64,000 bases of DNA from Planctomycetota bacterium (GTDB taxonomy: Bacteria > Planctomycetota > Phycisphaerae > WQYP01). Below, piece after piece: positions 17,762 to 26,546 of this stretch. The notes below the pieces were generated by a model. That model was not told the DNA's origin. It did no database searches and was given only the letters and a program-made list of their open reading frames with translations. The stretch is from the NCBI GenBank assembly GCA_021819825.1, contig JAKAEZ010000004.1, positions 34,756 to 98,755 on the forward strand, read 5' to 3'. The first letter of the stretch is position 1. Each line of letters begins with the position of its first letter. The position numbers and the translations under genes are program-made.

Positions 17762-20700
17762 ATGCCAGAGCAGCCTGAAAAGCGTTATAAACCGGCAGTG
17801 ACCCCGCGACGCCCAGCGGCCGCCGGGGCAATGCAATATGTGGAATTGCAAACCACCAGCAACTTCACATTTTTGCATGGAGCCAGCCATCCGGAGGAAT
17901 ATATTCAGCGAGCCGCCGAACTGGAATATGATGCCATTGCGTTGACGGATCACGCCACCATGGCCGGCATGGTGCGGGCGCACACCGCAGCCAAACAGGC
18001 CGGCATACGCCTGATTGTCGGAACGCATATACGCATTGATTTACCAGCATCTGCCTCCAATTCCCGGCAACATTGCAACGTGCTGTTATATCCCACCGAC
18101 GTTGCCTCGTATGGTCGCCTGTGCCGCCTGATCACGCTGGGGCGCAGACAAGCCTGCAAGGGTTCTTATCGCATCACCTTGGAGAATGTATTGGCGCACC
18201 AGGCCGGTTTGCTGGTGATCGCCTTACCACCGGTGCATGCCGATGCCGCATTTACCGATACTCTGATGACCTTAAAATCCGTGGTGGATGATGATCGACT
18301 TTCCCTGGCGATGATCCACCGCTACGGTTGCAATGACGCTCAAACGCTTCAACAACTGGCGCAGTTATCCCGGCGCACGGAACTTGCGCCGGTAGCGGTC
18401 AATGATGTGCTGTATCACGCGCCGCGGCGGCAGCGGCTTCAGGATGTACTGGCGTGCATCCGGCTGGGCCGCACGATTCATGAATTAGGCCTGCAGCGCA
18501 TCGCCCATGCCGAGCGGCATTTGAAATCACCAGAGGAAATGTGCCGCTTATTCCGGGATTACCCGCAGGCCTTGAAACGAGCGCTGGAAATAGCGGCGCG
18601 GGCTAAAGCTTTTTCCATGGATCAATTAACTTATCACTATCCACATGAAATTTGCCCGCCGGGCTTTACTCCGATGGATTACCTGATTCAATTAACCTTG
18701 CAAAGAGCCGCGCAACGCCATCCGGAGGGTGTGCCGGAATCGCTGCAAAGGCGGCTGGAACATGAATTTTCCCTGATCCGGGAATTAAATTATCCCGCGT
18801 ACTTTCTTACCGTCTATGACATTGTGCGCTTTGCGGTATCACAGAATATTTTATGTCAGGGCCGGGGCGCGGCAGCCAATTCCGCAGTCTGTTATTGCCT
18901 GGGTATTACGGCGGTTGATCCGCAGCGCATTGACCTGCTGATGGAGCGGTTCATCAGTAAAGAACGCAATGAGCCGCCGGATATTGATATTGATTTTGAA
19001 CATGAACGCCGCGAGGAAGTTATTCAATATATCTATAAACGTTTTGGCCGAAATCGTGCGGCCATTACCGCGGAGATTATTTCCTATCGCCGCAAAAGTG
19101 CGCTAAGGGATGTGGGCAAAGCCATGGGCCTTTCCTTGGATTGTGTGGACAAACTGGCAAAAAGCGGCGACTGGTGGGAAAAAGGAATGATCCGGGAACA
19201 CCAACTGCGGGAATTGGGCCTGAATCCCTCAGATACAACCATTGCGCAAGTATTGGAACTGGCCGGAGAATTAATCGGCTTTCCCCGTCATCTGTCACAG
19301 CATGTGGGAGGTTTTGTCATTACCGAGCAACCGCTGTGTGAACTGGTCCCCATTGAAAATGCTGCCATGCCGGATCGCTCCATCATTCAATGGGACAAGG
19401 ATGATCTGGATGCGATGGGTATTTTAAAAATTGATATTCTGGCTTTGGGGATGCTTACCTGCATCCGCAAGGCCATTGATCTGGTCAATCGCTGGAACCG
19501 GCGGATAAATCCGGCCCCGGCGGCCATCACCTTTGCCACAATACCGCCGGAAGCAACCGAAGTTTATGACATGCTGTGCCGGGCGGATTCCATCGGTGTA
19601 TTTCAGGTGGAATCCCGCGCCCAGATGGCGATGCTGCCGCGGCTTAAACCAAGATGTTATTACGATCTGGTTATTGAAGTGGCCCTGGTGCGGCCCGGCC
19701 CCATTCAAGGCGGCATGGTGCATCCTTATTTACGCCGACGCAGCGGGCGGGAACCCGTGGACTATCCATCGGCGGCGGTGCGCGGGGTGCTGGAACGTAC
19801 CTTGGGCGTACCGCTTTTTCAGGAACAGGTTATGCGGCTGGCCATGGCGGCGGCGGGCTTTACACCGGGGCAGGCGGATGCACTACGGCGCAGCATGGCG
19901 GCGTGGAAACGCAAGGGCAACCAGTTGGCGGCATTCGGCGGACAATTGATCGCCGGCATGCTGGCCAACGGTTATACGCAGGAATTTGCACAGCGCTGCT
20001 TTGAGCAGATCAAAGGCTTTGGAGAATATGGGTTTCCCGAATCGCATGCCGCCTCATTTGCGCTGTTGGTTTATGTATCCGCATGGTTGAAATGCTTTTA
20101 TCCAACGGCTTTCGCGGCAGGGTTGTTAAACAGTCAACCGATGGGATTTTATCAGCCTGCCCAAATTCTCCGTGATGCGCAAAATCACCGCGTACAAGTG
20201 CTGCCGGTGGATGTAAATTATTCGCAATGGGACTGCACCCTGGAATGGGTATCAGCCGACAGGACGGCAGGCCGGCTGCCTGATGTTGATGCCGATGCTG
20301 AGAGACCGGCTGTGCGATTGGGCTTGCGGATGGTGCGCAGCCTGCATCAAAGCGGTGCGGATTTAATATGCGATGCGGTGGCACGCCATGGCCGGATGGA
20401 ATCGATCTCCACGTTACGCCGATTGAGCCGCTGCAGCCTGGCGGATTTAAAATCTCTGGCACGGGCGGATGCGTTTGGTTCCATGGGCCTGGATCGGCAG
20501 GAGGCGTTGTGGAGCCTGCGGCGATTACGGTCGCAGGCGTTGCCTCTGCTGGATGAATTAGATCCGCCGGAACCGCGGCCCGGTTTGCCCATCATTGCGG
20601 AATCCGACAAAGTCATCGGCGATTATCAGAGTGTGGGACTATCTCTTAAAGCCCACCCCATGTCCTTCGTGCGATTGATCTTGAATCAGCGCGGCATAAT

Positions 20701-21034
20701 AGCAGCCGGCGAATTAGCGGATGCCATTGGCCACCCGGATGCCGCCAAAGTGGCGGTAGCCGGATTGGTACTGGTGCGGCAACGCCCCGGCACAGCATCC
20801 GGAATTTTATTTATCACCATGGAAGATGAAACCGGCACGGTAAATCTGATTGTCAAACCGCGAATCTACCAGCGGTACCGCATGGACCTGCGCCACAGCA
20901 CCGCCCTGGTGGTATGGGGACAGGTGCAACGCCAGGAAGGCGTCACCCACATCATCGTTCGCCGAGCGGTTAACCTGCAAACCATAACCCGCAGTACCGA
21001 AGCATTACAAAGTGTCTCGCGGGATTTTCATTAA
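17762..21034 (+). CDS. dnaE2: Error-prone DNA polymerase III alpha-subunit paralog DnaE2 (ImuC)
   Basis: 1090 aa. PHP-domain N-terminus YVELQTTSNFTFLHGASHPEEYIQRAAELEYDAIALTDH. Pol III alpha core motifs (ILKIDILALGML, FQVESRAQM) and an OB fold at the C-terminus. Confidence 0.92.
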   Translation: MPEQPEKRYKPAVTPRRPAAAGAMQYVELQTTSNFTFLHGASHPEEYIQRAAELEYDAIALTDHATMAGMVRAHTAAKQAGIRLIVGTHIRIDLPASASNSRQHCNVLLYPTDVASYGRLCRLITLGRRQACKGSYRITLENVLAHQAGLLVIALPPVHADAAFTDTLMTLKSVVDDDRLSLAMIHRYGCNDAQTLQQLAQLSRRTELAPVAVNDVLYHAPRRQRLQDVLACIRLGRTIHELGLQRIAHAERHLKSPEEMCRLFRDYPQALKRALEIAARAKAFSMDQLTYHYPHEICPPGFTPMDYLIQLTLQRAAQRHPEGVPESLQRRLEHEFSLIRELNYPAYFLTVYDIVRFAVSQNILCQGRGAAANSAVCYCLGITAVDPQRIDLLMERFISKERNEPPDIDIDFEHERREEVIQYIYKRFGRNRAAITAEIISYRRKSALRDVGKAMGLSLDCVDKLAKSGDWWEKGMIREHQLRELGLNPSDTTIAQVLELAGELIGFPRHLSQHVGGFVITEQPLCELVPIENAAMPDRSIIQWDKDDLDAMGILKIDILALGMLTCIRKAIDLVNRWNRRINPAPAAITFATIPPEATEVYDMLCRADSIGVFQVESRAQMAMLPRLKPRCYYDLVIEVALVRPGPIQGGMVHPYLRRRSGREPVDYPSAAVRGVLERTLGVPLFQEQVMRLAMAAAGFTPGQADALRRSMAAWKRKGNQLAAFGGQLIAGMLANGYTQEFAQRCFEQIKGFGEYGFPESHAASFALLVYVSAWLKCFYPTAFAAGLLNSQPMGFYQPAQILRDAQNHRVQVLPVDVNYSQWDCTLEWVSADRTAGRLPDVDADAERPAVRLGLRMVRSLHQSGADLICDAVARHGRMESISTLRRLSRCSLADLKSLARADAFGSMGLDRQEALWSLRRLRSQALPLLDELDPPEPRPGLPIIAESDKVIGDYQSVGLSLKAHPMSFVRLILNQRGIIAAGELADAIGHPDAAKVAVAGLVLVRQRPGTASGILFITMEDETGTVNLIVKPRIYQRYRMDLRHSTALVVWGQVQRQEGVTHIIVRRAVNLQTITRSTEALQSVSRDFH

Positions 21035-21040
21035 TTGAAA

Positions 21041-21064
21041 TCGCAAAAATAATACCATTTGCGA
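21041..21064 (+). terminator. Possible hairpin terminator after dnaE2
   Basis: TCGCAAA (21041-21047), a 10-nt loop, then TTTGCGA (21058-21064), starting 7 nt after the stop. The trailing T-run is weak. Confidence 0.25.
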
Positions 21065-21147
21065 CATTTAAGTACGATACTGGCATAATTTTTGCTTAAT
21101 TGCTACAATATAAGATAGATCGAACCCTTTGAGAAAGGCCTTAACCC

Positions 21148-22470
21148 ATGCTGCTTTCTTTTTCAGTGGAGAACTTTTATTCCTATCGGGAACGGCAGAC
21201 CCTAAGCCTGCTGGCCGAGGATCGCGACGATCTTATTGAAAACACAATACCCATTGATGCTCCAGCGCTGCGGGGACGCCGAGCCGTAAAGTTTGCCAGT
21301 ATTTATGGTGCCAACGCATCGGGAAAAAGCAACCTTCTTCTTGCCTTTCATCGGCTTACCAAGATAATTGCAAATTCGGCAAAGGAAAGTACGACGGCTG
21401 ATCAATTGCCCGTCACGTCGTTCCAGCTCGACGACGCCTGGGCGGAAAAACCAACCCACTTTTCCACGACATTTGTGGTTGATAACGTGGTCTACAAATA
21501 CGACGTTTCACTTACCAAAGATCGCATACACTCTGAGGAATTGAGGGCTTTTTCCAAAACACACCCTCAGCACCTTTTTAGTCGTCACGTAGCCCCTGAT
21601 GGAAAAAGCCAATGGCATTTTAGCCGTACGCACTTCCGGCGAGACAAAGCTCTGGAAAGCCGAACCAGGCCCAATAGCTTGTACCTTTCAGTTGGGGCAC
21701 TATTCAACCATTCGCAGTTGACCTCGCTTTCAGAATATTTCTCCCGCTGCAGCTTTCGGGGGTCCCCTTCACCTGATACAGACTCCCTTAAGGTTATGTC
21801 CCGGTGTGATACCGATGCGAAGTTCAACCAATGGGCTTCTGACATGCTCTCCACAGCCCAAACCGGAATCACCGCGTTGCGCCTGCGCGATGTGGCTATC
21901 CGTGAACCGGATATTGCGCGAATTCTGCGTGCGCAACGTGACACCGCGAATCCGCCTTCCCTCCGGGCAAAAGAAATGCAGGTGGCGCATGTGAAATCCG
22001 ATGGGCAAACGGTTTGGTGGCCGATAGGCTGGGAATCGGGGGGAACAAAGCAATTATTGAGCCTCCTTCGATCCTGGTACGACGTATTAAACCAGGGTGG
22101 ACTGGTGCTCGTGGACGAAATTGAGGCAAGCCTTCACCCATTGCTCAGCCGCCGCCTGCTTACGATGCTCGCGGAAGCCGGCCCGAGCAAACACCACGGA
22201 CAATTGATATTTACCACCCATGACGCCACGCTGCTGGATCTTAGCATTCTGCGCCGGGACCAAGTTATTCTGGCGGAAAAATTCGGCGACGGAGCAACGC
22301 AATTGGTTTCATTGCTTCATTACACGCCACGCGCCGGTGAGGCCCTCCAGAAAGGATATCTTTCGGGCAGGTACGGTGCCATTCCTCTTTTAACGGAGTT
22401 TACGCTTCATGGACAAAAACCGGCGAAAGGCAATTCCAAAAAAATTACAATATCTTCAGCAAGCAGTTGA
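21148..22470 (+). CDS. AAA15/ABC-type ATPase, AbiLi-like (defence-system ATPase)
   Basis: MLLSFSVENF..., Walker A GANASGKSN, signature-like ESGGTKQLL, Walker B LVLVDEIEASLHP, and TTHD. Confidence 0.8.
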   Translation: MLLSFSVENFYSYRERQTLSLLAEDRDDLIENTIPIDAPALRGRRAVKFASIYGANASGKSNLLLAFHRLTKIIANSAKESTTADQLPVTSFQLDDAWAEKPTHFSTTFVVDNVVYKYDVSLTKDRIHSEELRAFSKTHPQHLFSRHVAPDGKSQWHFSRTHFRRDKALESRTRPNSLYLSVGALFNHSQLTSLSEYFSRCSFRGSPSPDTDSLKVMSRCDTDAKFNQWASDMLSTAQTGITALRLRDVAIREPDIARILRAQRDTANPPSLRAKEMQVAHVKSDGQTVWWPIGWESGGTKQLLSLLRSWYDVLNQGGLVLVDEIEASLHPLLSRRLLTMLAEAGPSKHHGQLIFTTHDATLLDLSILRRDQVILAEKFGDGATQLVSLLHYTPRAGEALQKGYLSGRYGAIPLLTEFTLHGQKPAKGNSKKITISSASS

Positions 22471-23065
22471 TGACCGCAAAGTCACTCCCATTATGCTCAT
22501 TGTGTGCGAAGGCTCGGCTACGGAGCCGATGTATTTTAACGCAGTCACCAAGCACCTGCGATTAGCAGCGATTACTGTGCGAAGAGCCAAAGGATCTGCC
22601 CCGATGACGGTCGTTCAAGATGCGGTAGCTTCCAAGTTACAACGCGAACAAATTGCCAATCAAAGCTCATCGGTTGCCGCTTACGACCAAGTCTGGTGCG
22701 TGTTCGATGTTGACCAGCATCCCAAGCTGCGGGATGCACTTGCATTAGCGGAAAAACACCAAATCAGCGTAGCCCTTTCAAACCCCTGCTTTGAGTTCTG
22801 GCTCCTGTTGCATTTTGAAAGGTTTGCAATAACAGGCCAGTCACGTAGTCACATCCAGCGGGAGTTGAAGCGACACATCCCAAAATACCGCAAGGGCGGC
22901 AATTACGGTAACCTGCTGTTGCCTTGCCTCAGCAGCGCGGTAAAAAATGCCGCGCACATCTGGACTGCGCAATGGAGAACTGTCGCCCCCACCCCCTGTA
23001 ACGTGTTGAGCCGCAACCCCAGCACACTGGTTCACCAACTCATTGAGTGTTTGCAGCCACGATAG
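22409..23065 (+). CDS. RloB-family (TOPRIM-like) protein, AbiLii-like partner of the AAA15 ATPase
   Basis: MLIVCEGSATEPMYFN, VWCVFDVDQH and ALSNPCFEFWLLLHFE are the RloB family motifs. The track start overlaps the ATPase by 62 nt. An alternative ATG at 22493 (MLIVCEG) removes the overlap. Confidence 0.8.
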   Translation: MDKNRRKAIPKKLQYLQQAVDDRKVTPIMLIVCEGSATEPMYFNAVTKHLRLAAITVRRAKGSAPMTVVQDAVASKLQREQIANQSSSVAAYDQVWCVFDVDQHPKLRDALALAEKHQISVALSNPCFEFWLLLHFERFAITGQSRSHIQRELKRHIPKYRKGGNYGNLLLPCLSSAVKNAAHIWTAQWRTVAPTPCNVLSRNPSTLVHQLIECLQPR

Positions 23066-23106
23066 CCACGGCGAAACGAATTCATTGATAATGTAAACTC
23101 CGCCCG

Positions 23107-23655
23107 TCACACATGCCACACGCGTAATACGATCTGCAAAATTATATTCACCTGTATGCCTGCGGCGATGTCGTCAAGCAGAATGCCCCAGCCGGCGGGA
23201 AGATTTTCTAATTGTCGGCATGGCGGAAGTTTGAGCGTATCAAACAGGCGAAAAAGAATATAGACGGCCGCAGTCGCTAACCAAGCATGCCAAAGACTGC
23301 TTGTGGCGGCTACCGGCAGGGGCAATAAGAGACATGCGACCCAGTAGCCGCTATATTCATCAAGAACCACAGAGCCAGGATCTTCGCGGCCGAAATATCG
23401 GATCGCCCAAGGCGACAATTGCACGGTCAAAATGCCCGCAATTATTGCGCCAACCAGGCACACCACCGAGCGCCACGGATCAGATACTTTCCCCCATAAC
23501 AGCATCCAAAACAGGATTGCCGGACCAAGAGTCCCCCAGCTTCCCGGAGCGGGCTTAAGCAAACCCAGCCCCCCGCCGGTTATCACCCATTTACGCCAGG
23601 GCGATAACGTCGGCGGCGGATTTTCCGAATTAGGGATTGATGGATCAGTGCTCAT
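23107..23655 (-). CDS. pgpA: Phosphatidylglycerophosphatase A
   Basis: GLGLLKPAPGSWGTLG...DDIAAGIQVNIILQ are PgpA family motifs. Confidence 0.85.
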   Translation of the reverse strand: MSTDPSIPNSENPPPTLSPWRKWVITGGGLGLLKPAPGSWGTLGPAILFWMLLWGKVSDPWRSVVCLVGAIIAGILTVQLSPWAIRYFGREDPGSVVLDEYSGYWVACLLLPLPVAATSSLWHAWLATAAVYILFRLFDTLKLPPCRQLENLPAGWGILLDDIAAGIQVNIILQIVLRVWHV

Positions 23656-23687
23656 TTATCAACTCGTCAACGGCGGGGCCAACGGGA

Positions 23688-24371
23688 TCACGCATCTATA
23701 ATACGCCACGCTTTGGAAATATATTGCCATGCGGATGCGACTGTGACAATCAGCGTGGCCCAGATGGCGATATTCCGCGCCCAGCGGAACGCCGTCAACA
23801 CGCTCTGATTCTGGATTTCATAGATTAAAGCCAGATATACCAGCACGCCGATCACTGCGGCACACTGCACAATCATTTTGACTTTGCCAGTCCACATGGC
23901 GCGAAAATCTATGCCTTGCGATTCGGCCAATCCGCGAATGCCGGTTACCAGAAATTCGCGTGCGATCAGCACCACCGCCATCCATGGAGCCACACCGGTA
24001 AGGTCTGAACGTTGGGCCACCGGAGTGATGGTAAGGTGCGGCAACATCAGTTGCGGAGCGGCGAAAAATATAAAGGCCCCACAGATAAGAATCTTGTCCG
24101 CAAAGGGATCCACAACCCGCCCAAAGGCGCTTTCGACTTTCCACGATCTGGCCAGATATCCATCCAGCGCGTCACTGGCCACCGCAAGCAGGAAAATAAC
24201 CAAAGCAATCCACATGCACATGGGAATATCCCTTTGGCGTCCGGCAAAATTGATGGCGATAAAAAATAGCGCGGTCAGCACCAGGCGGCTTAAGGTTATG
24301 AGATTGGGAATTTGCCGGTACATATTGTTCCATACCTGAACCGAACCACTTTCGCGTTTCCTTCGCACCAT
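23688..24371 (-). CDS. pgsA: CDP-diacylglycerol--glycerol-3-phosphate 3-phosphatidyltransferase
   Basis: CDP-alcohol phosphatidyltransferase motif DALDGYLARSWKVESAFGRVVDPFADKIL. IPNLITLSRL near the N-terminus. An alternative start lies at 24323. Confidence 0.88.
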   Translation of the reverse strand: MVRRKRESGSVQVWNNMYRQIPNLITLSRLVLTALFFIAINFAGRQRDIPMCMWIALVIFLLAVASDALDGYLARSWKVESAFGRVVDPFADKILICGAFIFFAAPQLMLPHLTITPVAQRSDLTGVAPWMAVVLIAREFLVTGIRGLAESQGIDFRAMWTGKVKMIVQCAAVIGVLVYLALIYEIQNQSVLTAFRWARNIAIWATLIVTVASAWQYISKAWRIIDA

Positions 24372-24551
24372 TGTATGCCATGAAAGGCGGAATCACAGCA
24401 GGACCGCGTGTCTGAAGTCTTACGCCGCACCCATTCTTACCGGGAACCCCTTTGGGCGGTCTCGGATATTTTTTAATGTTTTCCACCGCCGGCACAGCCA
24501 GTGTGAAGTTCCCCGGCGCAGCCGCGTGCAGTGGCAATGCTGCCGCGCCCT

Positions 24552-26066
24552 TTACACCGCATCTTCCGCAAATACCGGCAGACTTACCGGCTTATGCCCG
24601 TTGCGGATTTTTTTATAGTTGATCGGCTTGGCGATTAAATCATAATGTTTCCAATGTTCGATTTTCGCCTGAATTAAATCGCCGGCGGTCGCATCAATGC
24701 CATGCAGAAGCACCTGTCCGTCGATATCCGGAGCCTGCCCGCTGTGCCGCCCCACCGCTGTGCGGCGCTTTTTATCTACTGCGTCAATGAGTACCGCAAC
24801 GGTCTTACCAACCTGGGCCTCATTGATCTTAAACACCACCGCCTGCTGAGCGAGCATAATTTCCTCGCGCCGGGCCGCGGCAACGGCCCCATCCACTGCG
24901 TGTGATTTCCAAAGCCGCCCGGCCGGTGTTTCCGGTTCCGGCGAATATTCAAAAACGCCCAGGCAATCAAATTCAAATTGCCGCACAAAGTCCACAAGTT
25001 CCTCATGTTGCGCTGCGGTTTCACCGGGGAACCCGCTGATAAATGTGGTGCGAATACTGATGCCCGGGATCCATTTTCGGAGCTTTTCCAGAAGCGTGGT
25101 AATTTGTCGCCGGGAGGTTTTGCGGCGCATCGCGTGGAGAATATCATCATTGATATGCTGCAAAGGCATATCAATGTATTTAACCCAGCGCCCGGCATCG
25201 GCCAGCGCTTTAATCATGTCGTCGGTAAAGCAGCTCGGATAGGCGTACATCAGGCGAATCCAGCCGGCGCTATCAAGTTTATCCAGAGTTTTAATCAGGC
25301 CGGTCAGCCCTTCGCCGGGTTTGTCATAGCCAATATCATGTCCGTAACTCGTGGTATCCTGCCCGATGAGATTTAATTCAAAAGCTCCATCGGCGACCAG
25401 TTCGCGCGCCTCATTGACAATATCCGCCAGCGGCTTGCTGCGCATGCGTCCGCGAATACTGGGAATGGTGCAAAATGTGCAGCCCTGATTGCACCCTTCT
25501 GAAATACGCAGATAGCCAAAATGTCGCGGCGTCAAACGCAGGCGGCCCGCATCGGATTCAAAATAGCCGACTTTGCTGCGGTCATGGCGGTGAATCATCT
25601 GCGTCACCGGATGAAATTCGCCTAAGTTTACATCGGTGGCCGGGGCCGATGCACCACGGACCGCGGTGACAATATTTTCCCGATCAAACACGCCCACCAA
25701 CGCATCAATGCCGGGGACTTCATCCAATAATTTGGCGCGTTGCCGCTGCACCAGGCAACCGGCCACAACAACCCTCTTGCCACGGCCTTGTTTCAGCGCT
25801 TTATTTTTTTCGTCCAACGCTTCATTGATAACTTCCAACGCTTCGGTTTTGCTGGCTTCCAGAAACCCGCAGGTGTTAATGACAATCGCATCTGCGGCGG
25901 CGTGATCATCCGTAATTGCTATACCGTCGGCGGCCAATAGTCCGAGCATCCGTTCACTATCAATAAGGTTTTTGGGGCAACCTAAAGAGACCAGCGCCAC
26001 CCGTCGCACGGCCGGAGGTTCAGGAGTTATGGTTGTCTTGGATTTTATTTTTTTTTGTCCAGCCAT
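24552..26066 (-). CDS. rimO: Ribosomal protein S12 methylthiotransferase RimO (radical SAM)
   Basis: VSLGCPKNLIDSE N-terminal cluster, radical-SAM motif SEGCNQGCTFCTIPSIRG, and a TRAM-like C-terminus. Confidence 0.88.
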   Translation of the reverse strand: MAGQKKIKSKTTITPEPPAVRRVALVSLGCPKNLIDSERMLGLLAADGIAITDDHAAADAIVINTCGFLEASKTEALEVINEALDEKNKALKQGRGKRVVVAGCLVQRQRAKLLDEVPGIDALVGVFDRENIVTAVRGASAPATDVNLGEFHPVTQMIHRHDRSKVGYFESDAGRLRLTPRHFGYLRISEGCNQGCTFCTIPSIRGRMRSKPLADIVNEARELVADGAFELNLIGQDTTSYGHDIGYDKPGEGLTGLIKTLDKLDSAGWIRLMYAYPSCFTDDMIKALADAGRWVKYIDMPLQHINDDILHAMRRKTSRRQITTLLEKLRKWIPGISIRTTFISGFPGETAAQHEELVDFVRQFEFDCLGVFEYSPEPETPAGRLWKSHAVDGAVAAARREEIMLAQQAVVFKINEAQVGKTVAVLIDAVDKKRRTAVGRHSGQAPDIDGQVLLHGIDATAGDLIQAKIEHWKHYDLIAKPINYKKIRNGHKPVSLPVFAEDAV

Positions 26067-26161
26067 ATTGCAAACACATTATCCATCATTATGAAAAACC
26101 GCAGTTTAGGAATGTTGAGGATAGCAGAAATAAGGGGTTAAAACCAGCCGCCTGCGCACCG

Positions 26162-26320
26162 CCCAAGCCGCGGGTGTGGCAATTTTTCCGGGCATTCCTG
26201 GGACCGCGGGTGTCCTCACCCGCTTTTGCTTTGTGGAGACCAAGACTCAGCCCTGAATTTAGGCCTCCATTAGCAAATTTCCGCCCTTGCCCGGAAAAAT
26301 TGCCACGCCCCAAGCCGCGG
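26162..26320. repeat. MITE-like unit: 19-bp perfect terminal inverted repeats flanked by a 12-bp direct repeat
   Basis: CCCAAGCCGCGG (26162-26173), GT, then GTGGCAATTTTTCCGGGCA (26176-26194). A 93-nt interior follows. Then TGCCCGGAAAAATTGCCAC (26288-26306), G, and CCCAAGCCGCGG (26309-26320). Confidence 0.45.
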
Positions 26321-26546
26321 ATCAAGCCCACACCGCAGTGCCACAAAGCATACCTATCCCGCATCGCGTTTCTCATCAGCCACGACAACCATCATTATCG
26401 CGACGCGACAGCGTAGAGATAATCGCGGAAATGGGATCCCATGATGCCAATGGGCTTGGCTTTGGGCTTGGGGCGGTTGGTGCAGCCGTGTGAGAAACGC
26501 TGGAAGTTGTCTGGGAACCGATCCAAATCGCGTCCAGCACCGGCTT

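Noticed and set aside
22409-22470. The 62-nt overlap between the AAA15 ATPase and RloB ORFs as a frameshift or gene fusion.
   Set aside because: Both ORFs are complete with their own family motifs. An internal ATG at 22493 (MLIVCEG) gives a non-overlapping start, so the overlap is probably a start-codon choice issue.
26033-26416. 127-aa and 99-aa ORFs on opposite strands in the rimO-pepA gap.
   Set aside because: They mirror each other across the inverted-repeat structure. They are Pro/Arg/Gly-rich, have no ribosome-binding site context and match no motif.
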